The notes: generated by a model from the letters alone, not told the origin. DNA of 64,000 nt from Octopus vulgaris (GCA_951406725.2 OX597830.1:16244001-16308000), one strand, 5' to 3'. Shown: positions 43,731 to 55,641, numbered from the stretch's first letter. Numbers and translations: made by a program.

Positions 43731-45432
43731 CCCTTGGTCTACCAGAGAAAATGCATGTCACTAATTACCAACTGAGTCCAATGGACCCAATATTTTTCTT
43801 TTAATTAAATTTTATTCAAGCTACCACTATTTCTTAGCTACATTATATATGCCATCACGTGACTGAAGAATTACTGTTTCTCACAAATTTTAATTAAAAA
43901 AATACAGTTTCCAGAATATATTATAAATTTTTAAAAATTACAAAAATACAGAATTACGGCTCTTCATGGCAGTGAATGTTCTTGGAACATTGGAATGTTC
44001 TTTGCAAACATGAATATTACAATTCTTACACGTAGTATGAGTTTTTCTGTCTTTGGATGGGGGGCACACAAAGAACATCTTCCTTTTTTCTTTGGCGGAG
44101 GAATCTTAAATGAGGTTGAAGATCGTCTTCTTTTCTTGTTTGGTTGAGAAATATTAGCGGAACTAGAAGATTGTTTGTCATGTTCTTGTTTAGCATTAAC
44201 TCCAGCAAGTTCCTTTCCTAGCTGAATTATGCACTGCCTTCTTTTATCCTTGAAACTTTGCAAGCGAAGCTGTTTAGTATCAGTGAAAGCGTTCACTGCA
44301 CTTATAACAATCATGTTGTAGAATATAACCATAGGCCATCTTCGAGTCATTCTTTTGCAAGTGTAAGTCCTTACCATGTTGTCTAGGCTATCTACTCCTC
44401 TTTTTGTTCTGTTGTAACATGCAATAACTCCAGTTTTCTTTTCAGTACTTTTTGAATCAATTGAAGGCTGAGAGTGCATTGTACTCATAAGTGTGACTAA
44501 TAATTTTTCTTGGGACAATAAGATAGGATCATAGGATCCTTTTGAAATCCAAATATTGTGCTGTTGATTTCTCATTCTTTTCCATTTGTGAATCCATTTG
44601 GAAGTTCAACTTTGTTCTTTCTAATTATTCCAATTAATGTAGTTTTCGAGCCAATCTTAGACTTGTAAAAAAAATTATCACAAGTTCACAAGTTATATTG
44701 CGACCAGTATTTTCAAGTTCTTTTACTAGGTCTTCAACGACACTTGAACCTTGATTTATCTCTCTCCCTTTTACAGGGTCTTTTCCAGTGTAGATTTGCA
44801 TTTTCCAGGCATAAGATGTTCCACTGTCACATATTTCCCAAATGTTAATCCATATTTCCCTGATATTGAAGGAATATATACCTGGAATGGGCAACGCACT
44901 CTGAATGAAACTAATTGTTCATCAACTGTCATGCATGAACTTGGAACATATCCATCTTGCAAATTCTGATTCCACATTTCAAATACTTCTCTTGCGAGCC
45001 CCAGTTTATCATAACTTATCTTTCTTTTTTTTCTTGCACTAGCATCATCAAAACGCAATACTTGTAAAAACTGTTGAAATCTTCCCTGGCTCATAATTTT
45101 GTTCAATATTTGGCAGCCATCTTCTTGACTCCATATCTGTGTGACATTTTCATGTTTAGATTTATAAACACTTATAAGAATAACCAGTCCAATAAATTTC
45201 TTTAGTTCAGAGAGATTAATTTCCTCCCATTTATTTTTGCAAACAACCTGACTTTCAACATTTGCCCATTTACGAATTACTTCAAGAAGATTCTGGTGCA
45301 TAAAGATAGTAAAACAATTTTCAATGCTTTCGCAAGACCTTTTAGCAAAAGGGGATGGTCCACATTCTTGGCACACAATATTGCAAGAAGACGTTTTTAA
45401 TGCTGCTTGAGTAAGAGGATTAGAATGCCAAA
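43731..45432 (-). mobile_element. piggyBac transposon relic (PGBD4-like transposase, frameshifted; one end only)
   Basis: TTAA|CCC terminus at 43727-43733. ORF pieces contain TVDEQLVSFRVRCPFQVYIPSISGKYG, GRNITC, YNRTKRGVDSLDNMVRTYTCKRMTRRWPMVIFYNMI and a C-terminal RCSLC. The 5' end is lost into (TA)n. Confidence 0.92.
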
Positions 45433-45484
45433 CTATATATGTGTATGTATGTATATTATATATATATATATATATATGCATGAA

Positions 45485-45515
<31 letters not shown>

Positions 45516-45726
45516 GCATGAATATATGTATATATATATATGAATGTATATATATATACATACATATATATATATGTGTGTGTGTGTATACATATATATG
45601 CATATATATACATATATATATTTATATATATATTTGTATATGTATATGTATTCATGTATATATATATACATGTATATAGATATATATACATACATATATA
45701 TATGTGTATATATACATATGTGTGTG

Positions 45727-45770
<44 letters not shown>

Positions 45771-45810
45771 TGTATATGTATGTTTGTATGTATATACGTA
45801 CGCACACACA

Positions 45811-46006
45811 CAATAATGCCTCGATTTCTTCCCGGAGATCGCTCGTAAAGCAAAAACTCGTAAAACAGAGCAATAATGTCCCATAGTAGCGATGAAATTT
45901 TTAGCTGTCATTTTACTCCGTGGGTGTTTAAACTTTATATTTATGATAATATAATACACTAAACCTGGGATCTCGTAAAGCGCGTCCTCGTAAAGAGATA
46001 TTACTG
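45811..46006. mobile_element. Possible Tc1/pogo(Tigger)-type MITE
   Basis: Imperfect TIR CAATAATGCCTCGATT versus reverse complement CAGTAATATCTCTTTA; internal CTCGTAAA repeats at both ends. Confidence 0.45.
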
Positions 46007-46020
46007 TGTGTATATATGTG

Positions 46021-46073
<53 letters not shown>

Positions 46074-46081
46074 ATTTATAT

Positions 46082-46130
<49 letters not shown>

Positions 46131-46152
46131 GAAACTGAGCGAGGTATAAACA

Positions 46153-46370
46153 GTGAAGTATATTTCCACTTAAATGTGGGTAACTCTTAAGGGTGGATGC
46201 TACTGTAGCTTGTTGCCCCAGGAGGACACCTCCTCCAGCTGGCTATCAGTATTTGCAAGGGGGAGTCATCCTTCCCATCTTCAACCTGACATGATACACA
46301 TCAAGGTGTGATGCTACAGTAGCATCCACCCTTAAGGGTTAGCCACATTTAAGTGGTAGATATACTTCAC
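46153..46370. mobile_element. Foldback MITE (~57-bp TIRs) related to 4620-4918
   Basis: GTGAAGTATATTTCCACTTAAATGTGGGTAACTCTTAAGGGTGGATGCTACTGTAGC ... GCTACAGTAGCATCCACCCTTAAGGGTTAGCCACATTTAAGTGGTAGATATACTTCAC. Internal gccccaggag...ccagctggc is shared with the 4620 element. Confidence 0.85.
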
Positions 46371-46387
46371 GCTATATATATATATAT

Positions 46388-46427
<40 letters not shown>

Positions 46428-46431
<4 letters not shown>

Positions 46432-47378
46432 TTAATCCAAACATGAACAAAGAGAAAACACAACAACGCGAGGCCGTGGAACAAGTATAGTGTTATTGGA
46501 CGCTCAGGAAAGGAAAGAAAGGAAGATTCAACGTTTCGAGCGAAGCTCTTCGTCAGGAAAGAGAGATTCAAAAGTCTCCATACATAGGAAAAAAAATTTT
46601 TTACAAGAGACAGTTTCACTTATTTAAAAAGATTTTCAAAAGTAAAGTGTGAGGCTTTGTGTATCTTCTTTGGTGTCAAAAATTATTTTACTTAAATGTA
46701 TTCAAATCAAATGATAGAGTCTTTGACAATGATAAGAAAAATTTTTTGAGGTTTTGTGTATCCTCTCTGATGAGTCAAAAAATAGTTCATATAAAACATT
46801 CAGATCAGGTAATACTATTTTTACAATGATAAGAGGATAAAAAATTAGTTTACATGAATATATCCAAATCAACTAAGAGTGTTGTTAGCAAGAGGATAAA
46901 ACGTGTCTGGTTCGTCAATCAGTGAGTACTAAAGCTTCTGTCTCATTGTGATCAGAAACCATAATTGTTTGCAGTATCTAAAATTGAAAAAAAAACGTGA
47001 TTTGAGGAATAACAGACCATTTATTGTTCTCGGATCTGGTTGTAGGGTTTCGCGTCTGGATGGAATTTAACAGTTACCACTATTTTATACAGAGATGGTG
47101 GTTCATGATTGCCTACTCTTAAAAAAAAAAAAACAATGTGATTGGTTGATGGCAGCCACGTGATCAAAAGATGGTTCTGCTTTTGCAAAAGGTTGCTTAG
47201 AATTACTGTCGCTTTAAAAAATAGTGTTGGCGGTTGATGGCAGTCACATGATCACAAAAGGTTTTAATAGTTGTTGTGGAGCCAAGAAAGACTTGTTTGG
47301 TGAGCTGCTGCTGTTGTGGTTCAGCAGTTTTGGCTGGTGTCTTGGGGTTTAAATGTATGATTCATAAGTAAAGAACAG
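46428..47378 (-). mobile_element. Penelope-like element 3' end with hammerhead-like motif
   Basis: Reverse strand of 46527-46560 is TTTC-CTGACGA-A-GAGC-TTC-GCTC-GAAA-CG-TT|GAA. The end abuts (CA)n and there are internal ~90-bp direct repeats. The upstream boundary is approximate. Confidence 0.55.
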
Positions 47379-47520
47379 TGTGTATTTGCGTGTATCTGTG
47401 TATGCGTGTGTGTGTTTTCTGGTCAGGTGTGCGCGTGCACGTGGGCATGTGTGTGTGTGTGCCTGTGTATGTGTGTATGTTATCTGGGCAGTGTGTGTAT
47501 GTATGTGTTATATTTGTCAG

Positions 47521-47746
47521 GGCGAGCTGGCAGAAACGCTAGCACGCCGGGCGAAATGCTTAGCGGTATTTCGTCTGCCGTTACGTTCTGAGTTCAAATT
47601 CCGCCGAGGTCGACTTTGCCTTTCGTCCTTTCGGGGTCGATAAATTAAGTACCAGTTGCGCACTGGGGTCGATGTAATCGACTTAATCCCTTTGTCTGTC
47701 CTTGTTTGTCCTCTGTGTTTAGCCCCTTGTGGGTAGTAAAGAAATA
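47521..47746 (+). mobile_element. SINE family C (tRNA-like A/B boxes), full length
   Basis: GGCGAGCTGGCAGAAACG...GAGTTCAAATTCC...AGCCCCTTGTGGGTAGTAAAGAAATA. Flanking duplication TATATTTGTCAGGGCGAG. Confidence 0.92.
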
Positions 47747-48296
47747 TATATTTGTCAGGGCGAGTTGCAACAGATTGTACTGGGTTACGTATTTCCAGTA
47801 GCGCCCAAGAACGACCTGACATTAATAAAACCCATATAAGACATATAAGACGAAAGGTAAGACCTGTCAAAGGGCGGAAGAGCTCATGAGCAGTCAACGG
47901 CCATCAAACAATATGAGTACATGTGTATGCATGCGCGGGGACGTGGAAATCTCTGGGTATTCAAGTGCACAGTTGGCCCACTGGGAGTGGGAGGCCCCTT
48001 TGCTGTTGTCACAATATCTCTCCCGGAGAGGGTAACTCTGAGAGAAAACCTGCGACACAGAAAATATTCGATGATGTAAACTAGTTCTTCTTTTCGAGTT
48101 TATGTTGTCCATATTCACAGTGGGATTGGATTTGTGCAAATCCTTACCCCACTATAAGAAATCATCATACACCGGCATCGCTTGAGATAAAAGTAATACC
48201 TATCACAAAAATGGCAGACCATAGCCTTCAGATGTCTGGAACTTTATATCAGGTAATGGCAATACTCGAACAGGAGTTTGCAGTCATCATATATAT

Positions 48297-48678
48297 GGAA
48301 GCACTCCGTCGGTTACGACGACGAGGGTTCCGGTTGATCCGAATCAACAGAACAGCCTGCTCGTGAAATTAACGTGTAAGTGGCTGAGCACTCCACAGAC
48401 ACGTGTACCCTTAACGTAGTTCACGGGGATATTCAGCGTGACACAGAGAGTGACAAGGCCGGCCCTTTGAAATACAGGTACAACAGAAACAGGAAGAAAG
48501 AGTGAGAGAAAGTTGTGGTGAAAGAGTACAGCAGGGATCACCACCATCCCCTGCCGGAGCCTCGTTGAGCTTTAGGTGTTTTCGCTCAATAAACACTCAC
48601 AACGCCCGGTCTGGGAATCGAAACCGCGATCCTACGACCGCGAATCCGCTGCCCTAACCACTGGGCCATTGCGCCTCC
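48297..48678 (-). mobile_element. SINE family B, full length
   Basis: Highly similar to 19161-19543. TSD TCATCATATATAT at 48284-48296 and 48679-48691. Confidence 0.92.
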
Positions 48679-48704
48679 TCATCATATATATATATATATA
48701 TATA

Positions 48705-49211
48705 GGCGCAGGAGTGGCTATGTGGTAAGTAGTTTGCTTACCAACCACATGGTTCTGGGTTCAGTCCCACTGCGTGGTACCTTGGGCAAGTGTCTTCTAC
48801 TATAGCCTCGGGCCAACTAAAGCCTTGTGAGTGGATTTGGTAGACGGAAACTGAAAGAAGCCTGTCGTATGTATGTATGTATGTATGTATGTATGTATGT
48901 ATGTATGTATGTATGTATGTATGTATGTATGTATGTATGTATGTATGTATGTATGTATGTATGTATGTATGTATGTATGTATGTATGTATGTATGTATGT
49001 ATGTATGTATGTGTTTGCGTGTCTGTGTTTGTCCCCTCAACATCGCTTCACAACCTATGCTCGTGTGTTTACGTCCCCGTAACTTAGCGGTTCGGCAAAA
49101 GAGACCGATAGAATAAGTACTAGGCTTACAAAGAATAAGTCCTGGGGTCGACTTGCTCGACTAAAGGCGGTGCTCCAGCATGGCTGCAGTCATGTAAAAG
49201 AAACATGTAAA

Positions 49212-49213
<2 letters not shown>
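48705..49213 (+). mobile_element. SINE family A with an expanded internal (TATG)n
   Basis: Head GGCGCAGGAGTGG; tail ...ggcggtgctccagcatggctgcagtca...gtaaaaga. Confidence 0.9.
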
Positions 49214-49246
<33 letters not shown>

Positions 49247-49248
<2 letters not shown>

Positions 49249-49525
49249 AGGGTCATGCAAAAAAGGGGTCAAAAATTTCTCTTCAATTTTCATGGAGACA
49301 CCCTCCTATTTTATCTATATTACTAAGAAACCAAGGGAACAAAAAATGTACAGTAAATACAAACTGAAAAATAACAATATACAAAATGTTCGGTGGATGG
49401 CAGCAACTTCTAAAATGTCTTCAATTGTGCTGAAATTTTGCATGTTGAGTTTTTGCACTAAATTAAATAAAATTAGAGGGTGTCTTCAAGTTTTTTAAAT
49501 GGTAAGTTATTTTGCATTACTCTAA
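49247..49525. mobile_element. MITE, possibly PIF/Harbinger-type
   Basis: TTAGGGTCATGCAAAA versus reverse-complement end TTAGAGTAATGCAAAA (14/16); internal inverted GACACCCTC/GAGGGTGTC. Confidence 0.6.
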
Positions 49526-49695
49526 GATATATATATATATATATATATAGATGAGTGTATTTTTACCTTGTTAACAATTAACACAGAAAAAATAAATAAA
49601 TAGTTACAGGGTAGCAAAAATCTCACAAGTAAAGATGTTGTAACTCCTTGTTTATAAAGGTAGAAACTTCATGTTTACGTTGAATATTTTGAATA

Positions 49696-49809
49696 ATATA
49701 TGAATAAATAAATGGAGTTTAACGCAGGTGTAATCAAAATTTTTACTTTCGACACATGTTTCGAAAGTAAAAATATTTGATTACACCTGCGTTAAACTCC
49801 ATTTATTTA

Positions 49810-49818
<9 letters not shown>
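49696..49818. repeat. ~122-bp near-perfect palindrome within a TA-flanked Penelope-like relic (49549-49818)
   Basis: ATATATGAATAAATAAATGGAGTTTAACGCAGGTGTAATCAAAATTTTTACTTTCGACACA|TGTTTCGAAAGTAAAAATATTTGATTACACCTGCGTTAAACTCCATTTATTTATTCATATAT. Confidence 0.9.
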
Positions 49819-49861
<43 letters not shown>

Positions 49862-49909
49862 CAACTGCTATTTCCAGTAAATATTGGTACTTTGTTGTAC
49901 CACTACCCT

Positions 49910-49961
<52 letters not shown>

Positions 49962-50095
49962 AGAGAAATGCATTAGTCAGGTACAGAGTGTAATAAGAGA
50001 TTATATAAATGACAAGGGAACACATCATTTCTTGTTCCCTTGTCGTGTGTGTGTGTGTGTGTGTGCGTGTGTGTGTGTGTGTTTGTGTTTAATCA

Positions 50096-50703
50096 GGTGC
50101 ATCAAGATAAATCGAAAAAACACTATGACACATTGTGCAGATGGATATCATCAATAATGTACTACCGTTATCGACCACTCACGAACATCTATAGCAAATG
50201 TTGTCAATAGTTTTGATATCGAGGTATACTACAGATTAAAACAAAAGTGATACAATTCTTATTGAAAGAAAATAAAATTATTGGCATACTTTCACATGGT
50301 AAGTTGAAATGAAAAGGAAAAATATATATATTAAATTTATTGCTTACTTGATTTTATTAACCATTCTTGTGTACAACTAAATTGTGAATAGCATGTTTTG
50401 CAAGATGAACAAGCATAGGTATGAACTATCTAAAACCTTAGATAACATTTTTTAAAGATCTTCCGTGCACTTTGATAATCCTTGCAGCACTTCGTTTAAG
50501 ATATACTGATCTCCGTGGATCAACAACACATCGGAACAGTAAACACCTAAACCTTCTCAGAATCTCTATATCTTGGGTTCGATATAGACAAGCACCACAA
50601 TATTACATTCGTCTCACAACAACCGTGGAGTCAGCTATCTCAGTATGAACTAACAAGAGAGTCTCTATATGGTTCCTCAACACGCTAGAAATAGCAACCA
50701 AAT
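50096..50703 (+). repeat. Left arm of a ~600-bp inverted duplication (partner 53988-54576)
   Basis: Reverse complement of 53988-54576 along its whole length; 50238-50438 is identical to 54235-54435. Confidence 0.95.
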
Positions 50704-50717
50704 AGTAACGGTTAGAA

Positions 50718-51140
50718 GGCGGCGAGCTGGCAGAAACGTTAGCACGCCGGGCGAAATGCGTAGCCGTATTTCGTCCGCCGTTACGTTCTGAGTTCAAATT
50801 CCGCCGAGGTCGACTTTGCCTTTCATCCTTTCGGGGTCGATTAAATAAGTACCAGTTACGCACTGGGGTCGATATAATCGACTTAATCCGTTTGTCTGTC
50901 CTTGTTTGTCCTCTCTGTGTTTAGCCCCTTGTGAGTAGTAAAGAAATAGTAATTTCGTCTGCCGTTACGTTCTGAGTTCAAATTCCGCCGCGGTCGACTT
51001 TGCCTTTCATCCTTTCGTGGTCGACAAATTAAGTACCAGTTACGCACTGAGGTCGATGTAATCGACTTAATCCCTTTGTTTTTCCTTGTTTGTCCCCTCT
51101 ATGTGTTAGCCCCTTGTGGGCAATAAAGAAATAAGAAATA
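50718..51140 (+). mobile_element. SINE family C, dimeric (duplicated 3' portion)
   Basis: A full unit followed by a second tttcgtctgccgttacgttctgag...cccttgtgggcaataaagaaata unit. Confidence 0.9.
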
Positions 51141-51602
51141 GAAACCAAATACTCCCTCATATTACACATCGTTATTTGTTGTTGTTTATTTCTAAAAACA
51201 AAAAGAAGGGACCCACTGGTAGTATAGTGTTGTTTAGATTACACTGTCTAAATATATGTCGTGATGATCATGGTTGGAATACTTTTGACCATAAGTTTGT
51301 TTAACCTGAGCTGGCTTGAGTTTAAACCACCTCACTAAACCAATACTGTCTTTCATACATTTTCAACCGAAGCAGAGGTTTCAATGTCCAGTGTGACCAC
51401 TGACAGAAGTTACAATCGTCTGAACGAAAGAAGGCTGAGCGAAAAAAATTGACGCAGTATCGTCAAGAAACTCACTGCCCTTTCTACAAGCAACCACGAG
51501 ATTAAGAATGCGTGAGAGCGGAGGGAGTTGGAACCATAATCTGTAAGAAAGAAGTCAATCAGTTGAAAGATACATGAATAGAGTTAAACAGCTACAGCAA
51601 GT

Positions 51603-51937
51603 GGAGTCGCAATGGCCCAATGGTTAGGGCAACGTACTCGCAGTCGGAGGATCGCGGTTTCGATTCCCAGATTCCCGGGCGTTGTTTGTGTTTATTGACG
51701 AAAACACATAAAGCTCCACGGGTCTCCGGCAGGGAGTGGTGGCGACCCTGTTGTACTCTTTCGCCCCAACTTTTCTCTCACTCTTTCTTCCTGTTTCTTG
51801 TCCCCGACTTCCTCCGCAACCGATGAGCCTGGATGCGCATTCATCCATCCGTCGATGCTCTCGATGTCGGGGGTTGACCTGTTTTCTCTTCTGCGGGTCT
51901 TACGAATAGCAAAGGATCACGTTTCGGACTTCTTCCA
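51603..51937 (+). mobile_element. SINE with family-B head and an alternative 3' body
   Basis: B head through ctctttcttcctgtttct, then unrelated ...gatgagcctggatgcgcattcatcc...ggatcacgtttcggacttcttcc. Confidence 0.75.
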
Positions 51938-52301
51938 CTACACTGGGACGAAGACCGCTTCGCTCTACAAACAGCTACAGCAACAAAATTTCAGCAGTAC
52001 TCTCCCCACCACCATTCTGATACTACTCTCATTATCGTCTTCGTTAACAGTCTTTTTTTTATTACTAAGGATGGTAATGAGATCTATGAGGCTCTTTGTC
52101 AGCTGCTTCTTAGCTCAGGTTTATGACATTCATCTGATGAGGGCTATAACCGCACATGGACAAGATGCCGGTTTATTTTAGTTAGCATTCCTATGTGATA
52201 TGTAACTATTCTCATCTACAAGTTAAACTGTGGCAACGGCAGTTTATGGGTTCAACCCGAAGAGAACAGAAAATAGATTTGACTTTGTGGACTGAGAGCT
52301 A

Positions 52302-53312
52302 TTGGGTTGTCCGGAAAGTTCGTGCTGATTTATAGTAGCTTACCATTCGACTTATTTTACAACATGGTTGAGTCTATAAAATAGGATTTGACTACGCCTC
52401 CATTTAGAGTACAGTTTCAGCTATCTTTTTGTGGAAGAAGGTTTATGTTCCTATAACCTGTGTTAATTCTGTAACCCTTTAAAATGAAAGATAAGAAAGT
52501 TCATTTTCGGCACTTGATGCTTTAGGAACCAGACAAAAATTGCTGCAGCTCGGCTGGGATATGTTACCCCACCCTCCATATTCACCAGATATTGCTCCTT
52601 CGGATTTCCAGTTATTCAGGTCTCTGCAGAATAGTCTTAATGGTAAAAATTTCAATTCCTTAGATGACGTAAAAAGATACCTTGATGAATTCTTTGCCGT
52701 GAAACCACCTCAATTCTGGGAAGAGGGTATTTTCAAGTTAAAGGAAAGATGGAGACGCATTCTGCAACAAAATGGTTCATATTTGATTGATTAAAAATGT
52801 AATGGAAAGTATGTATTGACCTTTGGATCTTTTCGGTTTGAACGGCAGTTTTTTCTAGCGGTGTCATATGAAATTGCCACCCATAATTATGACCCTAGTA
52901 TCAATCTATTGCATTTCAATCTGTTTTGGGGTTAGGGTTAGTTAGGGTTAGTTAGGGTTAGGGGTGGGGGGAAGGGTATCTTTTTTTTCTTCAGAAATGT
53001 AAATAAACCCAATCTGTTTCTTAAACGAGGGACATATTCATACGGCACAGAATGTTTTCACCTCAATAGACGTCATTGAATGGTTGAAATTGCAGAAATT
53101 GAAGAAAAACAACAAATATCTTACAAACTATAGAATTTTCTCAATAAAGCCAAGAGAAAAAGATGTTTTATAAACACATTCTACCAGTATACGAAGTTTA
53201 AAATTTTTTAGTTACGTGGAAATTATTTTTTAAAAACTGCCGTTCAAACAGAAAAGATCCTTGACCTTTTTCTTTCCTTTAAAAATCGGCACGAACTTTC
53301 CGGACAACCCAA
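52302..53312 (+). mobile_element. Internally deleted mariner element (resembles the mellifera subfamily)
   Basis: TA|TTGGGTTGTCCGGAAAGTTCGTGCTGATTT ... AAATCGGCACGAACTTTCCGGACAACCCAA. N-terminus MKDKKVHFRHLML (52484) is fused to the C-terminus LGWDMLPHPPYSPDIAPSDFQLFRSLQNSL...WEEGIFKLKERW. Confidence 0.93.
52825..53260. mobile_element. MULE/Mutator-type MITE nested in the mariner
   Basis: TIR GGATCTTTTCGGTTTGAACGGCAGTTTTT / AAAAACTGCCGTTCAAACAGAAAAGATCC; 9-bp TSD TTGACCTTT (52816-52824, 53261-53269); internal (GTTAGGGTTA)x3. Confidence 0.88.
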
Positions 53313-53987
53313 TTGCTTATCCATACAACCAACCATCTCACCGCCACGTTAATGATACACGTAACTTAAACAATAGAGCAACAACATCAACAACAACAGC
53401 AGCAGCAACAACGAGAAATCGAGTGTTATGCCACAACAAAAGATCAACGGTCACACAGTAATAAAATGAAAAATAACAGTATTTTAACGCTACCATTTTA
53501 AGAACGGTAACATTTAAAATAGACAAAAAAAAGCGTCGACGTAACTATAGCAACAATCACAATAATGTCGACGACGGAAGTGACGATAACAATAAGAGTA
53601 ACTGCACCAACCACCACAAAAAAAATAACAAAAACATTGGAGACAACTCAAGGAAGGTAAAAGCTCATCGATTCTGTACCAACACGCCGAACAGGAACAC
53701 GGGGGATCAATCAATAACATAGAAATTAAAATATTGTCCACACAGAACAGGTGCAACAATTAGACAAATTACAGAAGCTGCACACATAATAGAAAATAAA
53801 CCTAGCCTGAATAGAAAACTAGAATGGAAAAAAAATGTGTTTTTATTGGCTAAACTGGCAATATGACCATTCCGAAATATAATAAGTCTTTTTGTCTTTA
53901 TCTCTTTTAGTCATCTTGTCTTTGCTCTGTATCCCACTCTCTCGCTCTCGTCTCTTTCTCACATATACGCAGGGGATTTGAAGGAGA

Positions 53988-54576
53988 ATTTGGTTGTTAT
54001 TTCTAGCGTGTTGAGGAACCATATGGAGGCTCTCTTTTTGTTCATAGTGAGATAGTTGACTTCACAGTTGTTGCGATACGAATGTAATATTGTAGTGTTT
54101 GTCTATATCGAACCCAAGATATAGAGATTCCGAGATGGTTTAGGTGTTTACTGTACCACAGAGATCAGTATATCTCAAACGAAGTGCGGCAACGATTATC
54201 TAGGTACATGGCAGATTTTTAAAAGTAATATCTCAGGTTTTAGATAGTTCATACCTATGCTTGTTCATCTTGCAAAACATGCTATTCACAATTTAGTTGT
54301 ACACAAGAATGGTTAATAAAATCAAGTAAGCAATAAATTTAATATATATATTTTTCCTTTTCATTTCAACTTACCATGTGAAAGTATGCCAATAATTTTA
54401 TTTTCTTTCAATAAGAATTGTATCACTTTTGTTTTTATCTCTAGTATACCTCGATATCAAAACTATTGACAACATTTGCTATAGATGTTCGTGTGTGGTC
54501 GATAACGGTAGTACATTATTGATGATATCCATCTGCACAATGTGTCATAGTGTTTTTCGATTTATCTTAATGCACC
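53988..54576 (-). repeat. Right arm of the inverted duplication
   Basis: See the left arm; this arm lacks about 18 nt present at ~50518-50535. Confidence 0.95.
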
Positions 54577-54921
54577 AGTTTAATCCGCGGACTCGTATGG
54601 CTTAACGTATACCAAACTCCCTAACGTTTACGTCGAAACTATCCACAAACAACAGAACTATTCCCGCCTTACTAATTCTGAGCAGACAACAATATTTCAC
54701 TGAGGGAAACGGTTATTGTTTATATAGAACATACTATTCTTGGTTAATGACAATATCAGTCACAGAACTCTGCGAAGAAGTCACTTAAAATCTACAATAA
54801 AGGTAAAGTACTTTATTAAATTTATTGAGAAATATTCAGCAAAATCATATTGACTTATTTCTTGAAAGGATTCCATTTAAAAACTGCTTAGCGCCCCGTG
54901 ATTCAGGCATGATGATATATC

Positions 54922-55337
54922 TATTTCTTTACTACACACAAGGGGCTAAACACAGAGGGGACATACAAGGACAGACACACGGATTAAGTCGATTACATCG
55001 ACCCCATTGTGTAACTGGTACGTATTTAATTGGCCCTGAAAGGATGAAAGGCAAAGTAGACCTCGGCGGAATTTGAACTCAGAACGCAGCGACAGACGAA
55101 ATACCTATTTCTTTACTACCCACAAGTGGCTAAACACAGACAGGACAAACAACCACAGACAAACGGATTAAGTTGATTAGATTGACGCCATTGTGTAACT
55201 GGTACTTAATTCATCGACCCCGAAAGGATGAAAGGCAAAGTCGACCGCGGTGGAATTTGAACTCAGAACGTAACGGCAGACGAAATACGGCTACGCATTT
55301 CGCCCGGCATGCTAACGATTCTGCCAGCTCGCCGCCT
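54922..55337 (-). mobile_element. SINE family C, dimeric
   Basis: Reverse complement of the 50718 type. TSD GATGATATATC at 54911-54921 and 55344-55354. Confidence 0.9.
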
Positions 55338-55641
55338 TAGCTCGATGATATATCATCAACTAATGTATTCTTCTCGAAGAAGCCTCATAGCACATATGCA
55401 ACAACTAGGGTGAAAGGACTTCTGATCATTTTATTCATAGAAGCACAATGCAGGAATAGGAAGGATACATGTATAAGGATGGAACATGTTGAATTGGTTG
55501 TCATGTAGGAAATTGCATGATGTAACAAGTCAGCATCATCGCAAAAATGGGGCGAAGTTATTTCCCATTTGTTTACTAAAAGTAGACGGGTGCTTCTGGA
55601 AAGGAACATATTTGTACTATACAGTGTTTAATCTTACAATA

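Noticed and set aside
44771-45853. 360-aa ORF as an intact gene
   Set aside because: The N-terminal ~140 aa are microsatellite and MITE sequence fused to a frameshifted piggyBac transposase fragment.
52134-52168. CTGATGAGG..CC motif (also CTGAAGA at 30292 and on the minus strand near 36293)
   Set aside because: The GAAA core or stem II is missing, so these are indistinguishable from chance.
52928-52965. TTAGGG repeats as an interstitial telomere
   Set aside because: Only three 10-bp-period units, lying inside a TIR/TSD-bounded MITE.
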